Counted from the stretch's first letter, positions 27,294 to 40,739 are shown. The stretch: DNA of 64,000 nt from Podarcis liolepis (GCA_965112155.1 OZ218105.1); one strand, 5' to 3'. Notes: generated from the letters alone by a model not told the origin. Translations and numbers: made by a program.

Positions 27294-27423
27294 CAGGGCT
27301 TTTTTCCCCAGCCGGAACTCGCTGGAACTCAGTTCTGGCACCTCTCGGGTGTCATTGTAAAAGAAAGAAGGGAGATGTTCATGATGAGTTCAGGCACCTC
27401 TTTTTCTAGGAAAAATAGCACTG
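27294..27423. mobile_element. hAT MITE
   Basis: TIRs cagggctttttt / aaaaatagcactg. TSD gctgtaac / actataac. ggcacctct is repeated. Confidence 0.75.
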
Positions 27424-27904
27424 ACTATAACCATAACATTGCCATCACCAGCCTCTTTCTTACTTAGGATTAGAGACACCCCACTGATCTGTATACCTTA
27501 GAGTGTGTGACTTCTCTTCTGCAGCCTCTGAAACCTCAATCTATTGTGTCTTTGGTTCTTTTATTTAAAAAAACATGCACACATAAAAATCAATGGTATC
27601 AAGAACATAACCAGCAGGAGAAGTAAGCCATCAAATATATATTAGCAAGAAATCAAATGTATATAAGTTGCAATCTGAAGCCATGATACATCTAAAGCGC
27701 TCTTGCCAACTTTGAAAAGCCATGGCTTCAATCAAAGAATCCTGGGAACTGTAGCTTGAGAAGAATGCTGAAAGATATTAGGAGATCCCTATTTCCCTCA
27801 CAGAGCTACAATTCTTAGAGTGGTTTAACAATCAAACACTCTTCCCAGGGAACTCTGGGAATTTTAGCTCCGTGAAGGGAATGGGAGGTTCCATTTCAAC
27901 TTCT

Positions 27905-28810
27905 GGATGGGAGCATTTATCTCAGAATGCTGCTTGAAAGGGTATATCTTTAGTTGAAGTCTAAAGGCTACCAGTGAGGGGGGGATGTGCTTCTTCAAGG
28001 AGGGAATTCCATAATAAATATGCCACCACCGAAAAGGCCTGGCCTCATGTAATTGCTCCCCCAGGCCACCTCCAGAAGCAGGGCTTTCCCTGCCAATTTC
28101 ACAGCATGGACTATCACACACTGATTGGAGGAGATGATCCCTTTAATTCATATATTGAATGTTTTTATATACTTGCTTTAACTGTTGTTTTTTTATTGAG
28201 AATGACCGCTCCATCCTTAAAACAGGGGGCGCCCTTTGCGTGGACGCACGCAGCCCCTAGATCTGGAGCGGCTCCAACAGCATAGGCTTGGCTTTGTCTT
28301 CACTCAGGTGGGATACCTGGAGGTCTCCGCCTACCTCAGTCAGTTGTCCAATCCCACCTGGGGGAAGCGTTGCCAAGGAGACCAGGCCAGGTAGGGGAGG
28401 GATTACCTGCCCACACAATAGAGGGAGGATCTTACCTGGGAATCCTCACTTGGCTCCAGAGCCCACACACACACTGGATAACCCTGATGCTCCCTAGGTC
28501 CCTGGCTGGGGACTGGGGAGGGAGAACGCCCAATCCCTGAGCCAAGGTCTACCCACATTTGAAATTTAATAAAGTTGTGGCCAATTTAATCCCATAGCAC
28601 ATTGTCATGAGTCGTTATTTCACATGACGGGGGGGACCGCGCGGGATCTGGGGACTCCGCCTGTCCACGCAATGTTAATTTGCCAACGTATGATCTCATC
28701 ACACTGCCTTAATCAATTGCTGGGCAGCCACCTTCTTCATCAGCTGCAGCTTCTGGACCATCTTTAAGGATAATTCCACACAGAGCACATTGCAGTAATC
28801 CAGACGTAAG
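27905..28810 (-). mobile_element. Old L2 LINE fragment split by a younger insertion
   Basis: About 28715-28806 translates on the minus strand to RLDYCNVLCVELSLKMVQKLQL. About 27905-28060 is the degenerate end of ORF2. Confidence 0.65.
28203..28672 (+). mobile_element. CpG-rich LTR-like terminal repeat, probably DIRS/Ngaro (tyrosine-recombinase retrotransposon) type
   Basis: Inverted decamers ttgcgtggac (28236-28245) / gtccacgcaa (28663-28672). AATAAA at 28568-28573 in aataaagttgtggcc. No TG..CA ends and no evident TSD. Confidence 0.45.
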
Positions 28811-30866
28811 ATTATCAGAACATGATGCATGCGATGATCAAGTTACATAGAGAAGCATCACCGTCCATGAATCTCTGCACGGATGCTAGCATTTGCTGTG
28901 TGAATTTGCCCCACATTACATCCATGTAATGTACATGCATCACATGCTAACAGCAGGTAATTCAAAAGACAGAGCTATAAACTTGGTTTCATAACATGAT
29001 TCACCCGCAAGTGCTTATGAAGGAGGTTCAAAGACTAAGCCTTACATCACAATGACTCATATTAGCCACCTCAAAGCCAGCATAGATTTATGTGCTCAGA
29101 GAAATGTCTGAAGGCATCTGATGTAGTTCCATCATTGAACCTAGGGAGCCAATCAATGGGTGGGAAACTCTTGGAGATCCTATGTACATATGTATCAAGG
29201 CTGCACATTGGTCCTCCTTCCTCTGAGCAGTGCAGAGTATGTGGCATACAAGAGGAAGGTAAGTTCCAGGTAAGTTCATCAACTCTGGTGTTCTGTTATA
29301 TCAGTAAAGTATAATGGTGCCTATAATGAAACAGATGAAATCAGCAAGCACTCGGGCAATAACAAGCACCATCCAATATACAGCTGCCCACAGAAACTTT
29401 GGCTCAATTTATACATTGTTTTGGTGGCACTGAAACTGTTGCCTTGGGGCTGGGTGATGTTTGAATGGGAAAAGCAGGATGCCACCCCATGCACGGGTTT
29501 CTTCCACACAGAAATTTTAAAGATGATCAAGACAAGGAGCAAGATGGAATTTTCATGTGTGGAAACGACAGACAATTAGGCCACAGCAAAGGCCCAAGTG
29601 GTCTGGGGCACTTCTCTGAAGAGTACTTGGAATAATGGTTAATTCAGCCTCGGGATAATAAGTCTAGTTAACAAACTTTGGCAACCCAGGTAGTATCAAT
29701 AAACGCCAAGAGGGTTTTGCCCCTTAGAGAGCACTTTATATGACATCAAAATGGGCAAAAACAGAAAAGAAACAGAATTGACAAAATGGGGAGCCCTGAA
29801 CAAAGCCTGACTTCATTCTCTATTTTCCCTTCCTTTTTTCAAACTTTGATATGGGGGGTGGGGGGCAACAGTAGTGGAAATTACTAACCATTCAGATGAC
29901 AAAAATTACAAAGCAAATGAATATGTAATATTTCAAGATCATTAATGATGCGATTATACTTATTTTTATAACCCACCTTATCTTTCACCTTGGAAATGCT
30001 GCAAATGTTATACAGATTGAAGATTATAATACACTAATGAGAGATAGGAGGTTTATTTCAGTTAAGATTATGAATTTTGTGACAGTTCAATTGCTTTGAT
30101 ATCAATATGGCTTTTTTTAATGAATTCCAGCAGAAAGCAGGTGAATAAAAAAAAGGCGCTCATAAAATATAAATGATCATTGTGCAAGTTAATGCTAGCC
30201 TCGGGTTACAAATGTTTGCATATTTCCTATTTCTACAAATGTTTCTACACTCTTAAAAGGCACTGTATGTTGCTAATATATAAAATGTATGCATTTATGG
30301 AAGGCAATGCTATCTCTTGGCTACAGCTTCTACACTGCATTGCTTATTCAGACACATTTTTTTCCTGCAGTATATCTATGTGCATGAAATTCACTCCTTG
30401 TTCACAGGAACAAGTTAGTAAAAAGCATTTCACTGGAGTTGTTCCAGCCCTTTTCAGGTTGGGGTCTATTTGGAGAGTGGGGTATTGCTCACAATACCTG
30501 TCAGCAGTTGTTCTGGCCCCTCACTACCACTGCTCTCCATCATAATATAGCTTTGTTCTGGGAATGTTGTGGAGAAGCCGGGGGGCACTGTTGAGCTTTG
30601 TGTGCTACCCTTGGAATTTGCCCCCATACACCCTGAAATGCAAAATAATAATAATAATAAATGGGGAAGCAATTCGCCTCCCATTTCACAATGGACTTCT
30701 CCACCACCACCTCCAACCACAAATTGACCCAGCCCAAATACTGAGCAATGGGAATCCCCACAACTGGCCAATCATGTGGAGGGCCAAGCTCACATGAGAG
30801 GTTATCTGTGTGGTGAAGGGGCATGCACCACACTACCATCATTCTCTTGTAGTGCTGGCCCTCACA

Positions 30867-31030
30867 GGAACATAGAAAGTTGATCCATCTAGCTCAGAAT
30901 TGTCTATACTGACAGCTGTCCAGAGGTCCAGGCAGAGAACCTTTTCAGCCTACCTGGTGTGGCTGGGGATCAAACCTGGTACCTCTTACATGAAAAGCAA
31001 AAGCTCTGCCAGTGAACTACGGCACTTTCC
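30867..31030 (-). mobile_element. Squam3-type SINE
   Basis: ggaacatag...ccatctagctcagaattgtcta...gggatcaaacctgg...gctctgccagtgaactacggc. Confidence 0.7.
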
Positions 31031-33471
31031 TACATGAAGGTGCTATAGGTGCTTAGGCTGAAGTATACCTTCTATTCAGATCAAGCTACTTGCTTTTCCT
31101 CTGGCAAATATTGTTTCGTGTCTCCCATACAGTGTAGAACCCGTTCTCATGCCTGGGTGTGTTTGTTTGCCAGGCAGGGAGGGGGTGATCTTCCATACAG
31201 CTTGGGATGGGTGCAGGAGAGGGATGGGAAATTCTGAAAATCTTAACGTTAACCTCATCAGCATGAATCCCCACCCCTGCAATTCCCCTCTTGCTCCCTC
31301 ATCTTGATGAGAAATGACTTATTTCCCCCAGTTCCGTTAAAAACACAACCATGATATGCAAGGATATTGTGAGGAAATAAAACTGGTGGAAAGGCCCAAC
31401 AGCTGTTGCCACCAGATAAGTCCATCTGGACCCATCTGTAGAATATGGAGTCCACCAGAGGGCATTTTGAGCAGGGCTCCCACATAAGAACATTTAAAAG
31501 CCCTATTGGATCAGGGCCAAAGCCAATCTTGTCCACCATTTTGTTTTTACAGTAGCCATCCACATGGCAACAACACTCTCTCCCACTTTCTCCCTGTTTG
31601 TTGGGGTGCTTTCTTTGTGCTGTACACCACCTCAAATTGGTAATTTTTTCAGCCCAGCCCTACACCAAAGCCAGCAGCACTGCCTCAGGGCCCTGCAAGG
31701 TTGTATCCACTGCTTCATTCTTGTTCCCAAGGGAGTATTTTCAGTCATTGGAAAACTGTTGATGCTACAGAAGCTTACAAAGGGATTTCTGTGGTTGTAT
31801 CAGCTCTGTGTGCAACACTCAGATCAGAGGGGGAAGCTTTAACTACCCTCCACCGTTTATGTATCTTTCAGTGTGTGATCTGTGTGCACTACAGAACAGC
31901 TTGAGAAAATAAATTGGGAGGCCAATAGAAGTAAGAGCCAAGTTGCTCAAAAATACAAAAACTGAAGATGTGCTGAGGTTCAGACTTCTGACTGAAAGAA
32001 ACAAAATCACTGCCCCTGCCTTCATAATAGAGTTATTTATTTATTTGGCAAACTGGAGCTGGCAATGTACATATGCCAGGCCTTAAAAACACATCAATGT
32101 TTTCAAAACATTTACCAGAAGATGGAAGCCAGAACAAATGAAAGAGACAAAAGCCGCTTGATAAATTTATAAGCAGATGATGGTGATGATTTTGCATGTA
32201 TCATTTCCTGCTACTGTTTTAACTGTGTTACTGTTGGTAGGAATCTCTTGTAATTTTAATTGCTACTTTATGGTTCTGTATACTTGTAGAATTTTAAGGA
32301 CTGTTGCTAGCTGCCCTGGACTCCAATTAAAAGGAAGGGTGGAGTGTAAGGACAACGACAACAACAACAAGAAGTTGCTAAAATAATATGCTAAACTGTG
32401 AATAGGAACCTATTTTTTATTTAGCAGCAGCAATTTCAGGCAGCCGTTTTGGGCGCAAGCAAGCCCTACATAATCAATCACATGACACAGCACACACACA
32501 CACTATTTGAATGCCAATGTCTATCAACTATGTGGGGGCCTGGGCCCCTCAAATATTTTATGGGGGAGCCAAAGGGGCGTTGGCCTCTAGGAGTTGGCTC
32601 CTACGTACATACCATACTGTACTTTTAAAGTACTCTCTCAAAGAACCCTGATAATGTCAATGGTGCTGGGAACTGTAGCTCTGTGAGTAGACTACAGTTC
32701 TCAGGATTCTTTAGCTAGTGCAGCACTGGAGCTATGTTTCTTAAACATCTTCCTGCCTTCCCACGGGGCAAGCCTCTTTTGAAACCTTAGAAATAAGTTT
32801 GTGAGGGGAATTGTGGTTTCCTGAATCTGACATCTCTAACAAAAAATTCCCAGAACATCACCAAAGTGCAATTCCCATAGTTCTTTGTGGGAAGCCATGG
32901 CTGTAAAAACGGTACATATTAGATAAATTAGATATAGGTGTTTAGTACACACGCGTTCATAAAAAGAAGAGAGCTGTGGATAAGTAATTTTGAGTAACAG
33001 CCATATTTTGCCAGCAAATTCTGTTCTAGGCATGTAAATCATGCCTTTAGAAGTTATGGATTAGCTTTTGTACTTGCTGTTTGGCTATAAGTATTGGATC
33101 TGGGTCATTTGAAGTGGGTCATCACACATGACCACATCACACATGGTCAACTTGCAGAATCATGGGGGCTGAGGGGCACCCTGTATTCCAGAGCCCTTCA
33201 GACATCCCAGAACCATGTGGCTCCTAACACACATTGGAAAATTCCCCATATGGTGGGAAAAACTTAATCTTTTTTTGGTAGGGGGAACAGAAACAAAAAA
33301 CCTATATTCAGAGCAGGTGTTCCCAGACATTAATTCTTTTCCCCCAATTAAAACACTGTGTCTCAAGCCTACACTGTGAATAATAGGCTATGGAACATTA
33401 AAGGCCATCAAAGAAAGTTCTTTCACTTACTTGCAAAGTTTTGCTCCGAGGGCTGTGTAAACAGAGCACTG

Positions 33472-33872
33472 NNNNNNNNNNNNNNNNNNNNNNNNNNNNN
33501 NNNNNNNNNNNNNNNNNNNNNNNNNNNNNNNNNNNNNNNNNNNNNNNNNNNNNNNNNNNNNNNNNNNNNNNNNNNNNNNNNNNNNNNNNNNNNNNNNNNN
33601 NNNNNNNNNNNNNNNNNNNNNNNNNNNNNNNNNNNNNNNNNNNNNNNNNNNNNNNNNNNNNNNNNNNNNNNNNNNNNNNNNNNNNNNNNNNNNNNNNNNN
33701 NNNNNNNNNNNNNNNNNNNNNNNNNNNNNNNNNNNNNNNNNNNNNNNNNNNNNNNNNNNNNNNNNNNNNNNNNNNNNNNNNNNNNNNNNNNNNNNNNNNN
33801 NNNNNNNNNNNNNNNNNNNNNNNNNNNNNNNNNNNNNNNNNNNNNNNNNNNNNNNNNNNNNNNNNNNNNNNN
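33472..33872. other. Assembly gap (401 N)
   Basis: N run. Confidence 1.
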
Positions 33873-34635
33873 TAAATGTTCATGAACTGAAAATGATTTG
33901 GAGGGTATTCATGCATCGATTTATGATATTTGAACACAATAGGCATGCATAATTCAGGTGACCATGTTAGCACCCCCACAAGCCCTTATTACAGATATTA
34001 GGCAGGATTCTCATTTCATGTCCTTTCCCTCCCTCCCCTCTCCTTCCATATATGCTTTGTGACAATCACTTTGCACCTATTTAAAGAGGAAGCATTGTAT
34101 GTCTGCGGTGGCTCATTGAAATCACCACCAAACATTTAAATAACATGCAGGGGTGGCCAGAGGAAACGAATATTAAGCACTTTGAAAAGCACGACGGGTT
34201 CACTCAATTAAAGTTTCTGGTCCCGATCCAAAGGTCCTTATGCTCAGCGGTGGGTATGCAAGCAACTGCTGAGTGCGAGCAACTCCCCTGCCAAACAGAA
34301 AGTTGTCTCTGTTAGATTTGACAGCAGTGACTACTTTTTAGGGGCAAGGGAGAAGGAGGCGATTAGAATATTCTTCTGTTCAGCCCTCAGACAGGTGATC
34401 ATGCTGCCAACGCTGTTAGCAGAGTTCATACCTGCTTTTGCACACATGTTCCTAGAATCATAGCATTGTAGAGTTGGAATCATAGCATTGTAGAGTCATC
34501 TAGTCCAACCCCCTGCAATACAGGAATTATTAATTTTTGTCCCACTGGACTACTCAGCGTGCTGGATAAGCATGTGTTCTCCTTTCAAACCTCCACATAT
34601 ACACACAGCCTCATCCCAAAGACAATCTTTATTCC

Positions 34636-34969
34636 CAGTGGTGGAGGAATCCTCTCCGGCACCCAGAGTGGGATGCCAAGGGGTGGGGCGGACTGCCCGG
34701 TGGTGCATGCATGATGTCCGCATGGACTGTGCATGCGGGGCATCCTGTATGGACTGCGCATGCATGGCAGCCCATACAGTCGCCCGTACAGATGGCGTGC
34801 GAGAGTGGCAGCCCATACGGACACCACGCGAGCGGCGTCCATATTAACTGTGTGCATGCCCTTGGCCGCTCTACAGCTGATGGGGGGAGTAGGCCATCTT
34901 GTCAACCCCCCCCCCTGGAGTGGTGGCTGGGGCGGCCCGCCCCCTCCACCCCACCTTCATACACCCCTG
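34636..34969. mobile_element. GC-rich DNA-transposon MITE with internal tandem subrepeats
   Basis: Ends cagtggtggagg / catacacccctg. Internal atggactg(t/c)gcatgc and tggcagcccatac repeats. 3' part resembles about 39095-39177. Confidence 0.55.
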
Positions 34970-36169
34970 CCCCATCCCTGGCAAAGAAATAAGAATGTTC
35001 AATTGTGCAACATCACATTAGGTTCCAGAAATATGAAGAGAAGAACCATTGGAGCATTTTGTCACTAAGCTGAATATTCTGCATGGAAATCTCTGTGTAC
35101 ATAGTCCTTTTTCTGCTGGCACGTGTCTGCAGAATGTGCAGCTCGTTCCACACATGCAGCAGTTTCTGTAGATGACAACCTGCATGTTGTTGTGGGGTTT
35201 TTTTAATGTTTTAAACATATATTGGAAGCAGTCTTTTAAGCAGGCAGCTTGGCACAGACCAACCGCCCCTGAAGGTGGCATTCACCTGCAAATGAACCTG
35301 TCTGACCGACAACCCATAAAAAACTTGCGCTCGATTCCATATAATGTACTGCAGATTTACCAAATGAGTTTGAATTGCATCACTAAAGCCAGAAAATCTT
35401 TTTAAAAAGGGAAAGGAGAAAAAAACCTGGCAGCATCTTAAACTTCAGCCAACGAAGACTCGACTGTGTTGCCTTTGCTCATTTAACTCTTCTGATGGGT
35501 CTCCCAAAAGGCGCAGCAAATCTTGTTTAGAAAAGCGTTAAAAACTAAACACGCCATTGTTCCTATTAAGCTTTCGCTCCAAATCTCAACTGCAAATATA
35601 TCTTTTCTCCCTTGCATGTACCTGTTAATTTGTCTCTCCCTCTGCTATTGTTTATCTCTCTAATTGTATTGTTTTGCTCTGGTAAAGCAGGCAGGGGATA
35701 TACTGGGTAGGAGATATCAAGGCAAAATACAGTGGTATTTTCCTTGCACAAGCCAACATTTATTTATACACATATAAACCATGGTTAGAATATCTGGTTT
35801 TCTGGTTTCTTCCCAGCTATATTTTCTCCAATATTAGCTCATTGGTTAAGCTCAACAGACCCTTAAATATCTTTGCCACTGAATACATGTGCCATTTTTT
35901 TTTTCTTATTAGGGATATTTATAACAAGGAAAGGAAAGGACTCTGAAAGATTGTATTGAGTGATCAGATCAGTGGCATTGACAGCAATAGCATCTAAATG
36001 TCACCCAGGACCAAAATAATAAGTCCCGATATTGAATGCCTGTGCTGGATAGTTTTAAAAGCTCGAAATCTATTTTGATTTCAGAAGTAAACCAGAGTGA
36101 TTGATGCTGGGAACTTAGTGCCCAATATGAGCCTTTCTGTATCCCTAGTCAAATAAAGCAAGCAGGTGC

Positions 36170-36790
36170 AAGTCATAGAAGTTACTGATTATTTATGGCT
36201 TTCAGATACTTTGTGGGTTTAGCTGGTGAGAAAAAGTTTTAGTCCACTCACATGGACAAAACCCAACCAACTGTCTAGCCTGATTAAATTCGCATTGTTG
36301 CATGAGCACATGGTAGGCAGGGGGAAAATTATGAAATCTCACCGCCTGTGCCATGGCAACTGAGCAAACAGCTCATGGGAAGAATGTGAATAATAGAAAA
36401 TAGCAATATTTCTCTTTGTGTTTTCACACTTGACAGTTTTATCCCCGCATCTGCCCGGTGTCCAGTGCGCAAGCTGTAACCAAGAGCTTCTCAGAGTTTG
36501 CCACTTGCCTCGTCTCCCACTTTTGAATTGTCCCTGCCGGTGATCAATAGGCGAGGGAAGTTTTTATACAGCAAGTAACTGGAGGGAATAGATTTTATAA
36601 CTATCTATGGCCCGAATAGCAATCTCATTGCAGGCTTATAGATTTCTGTCTGTGCACTGAGACTGATTATTAAAAAACACTTTGAATGGCAACAGAGTGT
36701 CAGGCCAAACCTCTGCGAATTCAGTTAGCAGGCAGTGAGGAATTTCCACGCTAATCTATTTCAGCATTTTTAATCTCCTTTATCAAGACT
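36170..36790. promoter_or_regulatory. Candidate conserved non-coding element
   Basis: No recognisable TE. TTTATGG, TGACAG and CATTGT motifs with several CpGs. Inference only. Confidence 0.35.
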
Positions 36791-37089
36791 TTGAGTAGTT
36801 AAAAAAAAGAAAAGAAAGAGAAAGAGAAAACAGTCAACTGGTTTACTTAAAGGTAGCTCACGGTACAGTCATACTGGCCTTGATAATCAGTATGCTGGTG
36901 TATCTGGTAATGGCCATGCTATGCAGGCGGAAGGAATATCAGGCTATGGATGCATCAGTCCATTCGCACCACCTTTTAGTATTCATTTAGAAGCTGCGAA
37001 TAGTAGGACCAATAAAGATTGCACCAACTAATTGTTTCATAGTTGTTAACTGAATAAACGCCATTGCTGTTGCATAATGGGGGGGGGAG

Positions 37090-37375
37090 TGTGTTAAGCT
37101 CAAAGAAGAGACAATTAAGCGGCGATATGACAGCCATCTTCAAATATTTAGAGGTCTGGGGAACCTTTGGCTGTCCAGATGTTACTGAACTACAACTCCC
37201 ATCATTCCTGGCCCTTGGCTAATCTTGTTAGGCCTGACATGTCAGTGCAGCAACATCTGGAAGGCCATACCAGAGTTAGAGGGCTGTTACAAAAGGTGGA
37301 ACAAGTTTGATCACTGCTGCTCCAATGGGTAGGGTTCAAACCAATGGGCTCAAGTGACAAGAAATTGGATTTAAA
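37090..37375 (+). mobile_element. CR1 ORF2 fragment interrupted by a MITE (about 37152-37275)
   Basis: KRQLSGDMTAIFKYL before the MITE and a GC..accaatgggctcaag continuation after it. ttagag is duplicated at both junctions. Confidence 0.6.
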
Positions 37376-39180
37376 CTCTTTAAGTCCATTTATTTCAGTC
37401 TATTTATTTCAGTAGGTCTACTCTGAGTATAACTAAGCATATGAACAAGAAGCCGAAGATCATTCAATGAGGCCCTCCTGGTTGTGCTGCAATATTACTA
37501 AGAAAGCATTTCTAATGAACATCACTTTCAGTATACATAACAGAATCACGAACACACACATACAGAAATCCTCTTTCAGATGCCTCTAATAGGCAGGGTG
37601 TATTAAGCCAAACTGCATTGCCAGGTTACCCTGGTCCAGGCTGTTTCCTAGGGATATGTTTTATATGGTAGGAGACAGGTATTGTTGCTTCAGACAACAT
37701 TCACATTTTTTTGAAAGAGCATATTTGGATGCAATTCTTGGACATATATCCTAGAAGCGCCCTCCTCCCTGATTACACCATGTGCAACGGCATGGCGTCT
37801 GCACTGTTGTCTTTTGTATTTCATCTGCACTGACTGGCCTAGCGGATGGCAGCATGTGAAATGGTAACCCCTGCTGTGTAACGTTTTTAATAAATACAAA
37901 TGCACTGGCAGAATTAAAGGAGCAGTTCAAACCACTGCAGCATTTTGTCCATATTAATCACAATTAACTATAATCACTACACCGATGGACCCGAATTGGT
38001 CTTGTGTTCCCACAGTGATGTTGTGGCCCTCTACTTTGCTAATAGTCTTCTGTGCGCGGCACTGCGTTTCACCTGCCAGGAGTACACTTTCAGCACGTTT
38101 GATTCGTGCCACTTGCAGCGTTTCCCTGCCAACTTTCACAAGGCGGCATACAAACCCGCCGTAGCTTTTACAATTGAAACTATACCAGTGAAACCCAAAT
38201 TTAAACAGAAATGTCAGGGGTTTGCCAAGCCAAACCCCAGAACCAGCAAATAAATGTTTGTGATGTGGTACGAAGCTGGACTGCGCATACGTTGTGCTGA
38301 ATGCACGCAGAGGTGGCAAACAGGATTGTACCAGCTGGCTTTCCCTCCATGCATTCAGCTTAGCTTCTGAAAGAGCCTAGATGTGTATACAGACTGTATA
38401 CACCTGGAAAGCCTGCCTTTTCTTGGGTTCCCATTTGCACAGGCAAAGCTAATACACTTCTTATGCACTCAGGCTCTTTCAGAAGTGATGTGGAATATGC
38501 ACAGAAGGTGGGTCCTGAGCCAGTATACAGGATCCCCTTGGCATCCCTCTGCACCCCTTACTGTAATCTGTGTACAGTCCTGCATTGTGATGCCAATGCA
38601 ATATCACATTGCATAGCTGAGATATTGTGCCGGCGTGCCAATGTTACAGAAGAAACAGACACCATCACCGCTGGAAAAAGGATACCAGTGAAATACAAAG
38701 CTGTTACTCGGCAGGGAAATAGCCAGGAGGACGTGAAGAAGTGAACAGTTGTGGAGATTCCATAACAAACACAGCGGCAGGAAGACCTTTGAGTGTCTGC
38801 AGAATCAGCCACATTGGTTCAGCTTTATCTAATGGACTTTTGCATTGCAGTTGGTAATATGGAACATTGTGGATTTGCTTCATGCTTTTCATCTTGTTTT
38901 TAAAGTTAACCCTCTTTATCTAACATTCCTTGGCACAGATGTATTGGTGCACATCACTCTGGACATTATCACAAATATTTTAGGATGGGGTGGGGGACCT
39001 TATTCAACCTGAGGACCATGTTCCCTTTCGGGCAGTATTCTGGAGGCCACATGCCAGTGGACAGGGCCAAAGGCACGGTGCGGGGGGTGTCCGGGGGGCC
39101 GCTGCATTGGCACCCTACCAGAATAGTGGTGCCAGGGGCGGTCCGCTCCCTCCGCCCTCCCGTTCCTCCGCCAGTGGTCA

Positions 39181-39582
39181 GAGGCCAGTAGCTCAGTGAG
39201 AGAGCATCTGCTTTGCATGCAGGTAAGGCTGGTAAGGCTCCTGCCCACCTAGCAGTTCAAAAGCATGTCAAAGTGCAAGTAGATAAATAGGTAAATGGCA
39301 TTTCCGTGCACTGCTCTGGTTTCTCCAGAAGCGGCTTAGTCATGCTGGCCACATGACCCGGAAGCTGTCTGCAGACAAACGCCGGCTCCTTTGGCCTATA
39401 GAGCGAGATGAGCGCGCAATCCCAGAGTCGTCCATGACTGGACCTAACGGTCAGGGGTACCTTTACCTTTAAGGCTGGTAAGGCTGGGGGAGACCCATGT
39501 CTGAAATCCTGAACAATTGATCCCAGTCAGCACAGATAATACTGAGCTAGATAGACCAGTGATTTGATGTTATAAGGCAACC
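39181..39582 (+). mobile_element. Squam3-type tRNA-derived SINE, interrupted
   Basis: Head gtagctcagtgagagagcatctgctttgcatgcag. Resumes after 39485 with ctgaaatcctg...aatactgagctagat...tataaggca. Confidence 0.8.
39240..39469 (+). mobile_element. 5'-truncated Sauria SINE inserted in a Squam3-type SINE
   Basis: Sauria body and acctttacctt tail. Perfect 16-bp TSD taaggctggtaaggct at 39224-39239 and 39470-39485. Confidence 0.93.
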
Positions 39583-40119
39583 CACATCAATTGGTAAAAC
39601 TGAGACATTTCATTGCTTCTTGGCTTCTCCATGCCACAACAGTGCAATGACAATGAAAATCCAACTGCTGGATGCCATTTGTGTACAACTCTACTGTACA
39701 ATTCTAAAAGGTGCAGCAATCCTGCCAAGGCGTAGATCAGGGCTGGGGAACCTGTTTTTGAGATTGAGGGCCACATTTCCTTCTGGACCATCTTCCAAGA
39801 GCCATATGGTGGAGCCAGAGGCAACAGTGGGTGGAGCAACAAATGTGATTTTTATCCTTCAATAGGCTAGTTTTATACATTCACCAATTCATCTGTAGCT
39901 CCAAGAAGCTGTCAGCATGTGACAGCGGCCAAAACCTTTGGAAACAGCTCTGACAGGCCGGCTAAACCAGGTCTGGATCTAGATAATCAAAAAAGCATTT
40001 CAGGAAAACGCAGTGTAAACTTTATTGTGGAAAATCATGTTGATGAAAGACGGGACTTCACAGCGCCATCTGGTGTCACAGTGTTATAACGCATATAAAA
40101 CGCCTTTTCTTTGCTAATG

Positions 40120-40590
40120 TAGCTGAGTCCCAGTTGAGGGTAGCCAATGGGTCTCAAACCCTCAATGAGTTGGGACTTCCCCTGCATGCGAAGACAGGCT
40201 CCAGTGAATTGAGCGAACAAGACCAATAGCAGGTCCAATGGTCAAGAAAGCAGTTACTGCACATGTAGTAAAGGAAAATGAAGGGCAGATGTGGCTCTTC
40301 AACCTGGAAAGATAGCCTATCTAAGAGAAGGAAAACTCTGGTATCCTCGTGGAATATCTTCAGGACAAGAAATGGCTAAGGATTAAACCCTGCATAAATC
40401 CAGTGTAATCCCTAAAAAGGTTGCATGGTGCCTTGTATGTCTCTTTCTGGCAACTCCTGCAGCCAAGCTGGTGTCAGGTGCATTGCTCTGCTTTCCTTTG
40501 GACCACGCCAACGAGGCTGAGAAGGGGGTCGTCATCTGGGCAGCCCAGAATCTCCACACACACTGCCCAGGTGCTGCTAATGCAGCAAAG
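40120..40590 (+). mobile_element. Second copy of the RTE-5'UTR-like element, longer at the 5' end and lacking the 3' tail
   Basis: Homologous to 47885-48235 (shared motifs include ggcaactcctgcagccaagc, ttgctctgcttt, tcatctgggcagccca). 5' part has a stem-loop agtccca..ttgagggt / accctcaa..tgggact. Confidence 0.6.
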
Positions 40591-40739
40591 ACAATATGGG
40601 AGGCAGCATTTACTGGTCTCTGCAGCCACAGCAGGCGCTGTGATTCTCCAGCACATCTCCTTATCCCCTAAGCCCATATTTGCTTGAGATCCTACTTTTC
40701 ATCTAACAGTCCACTTTGTACCACTTGGGCAATCTCTTT

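Noticed and set aside
28205-28275. HDV-like ribozyme in the structured start of the LTR-like repeat
   Set aside because: Stems are simply nested; I could not place L3/P1.1 or the catalytic C-containing J4/2.
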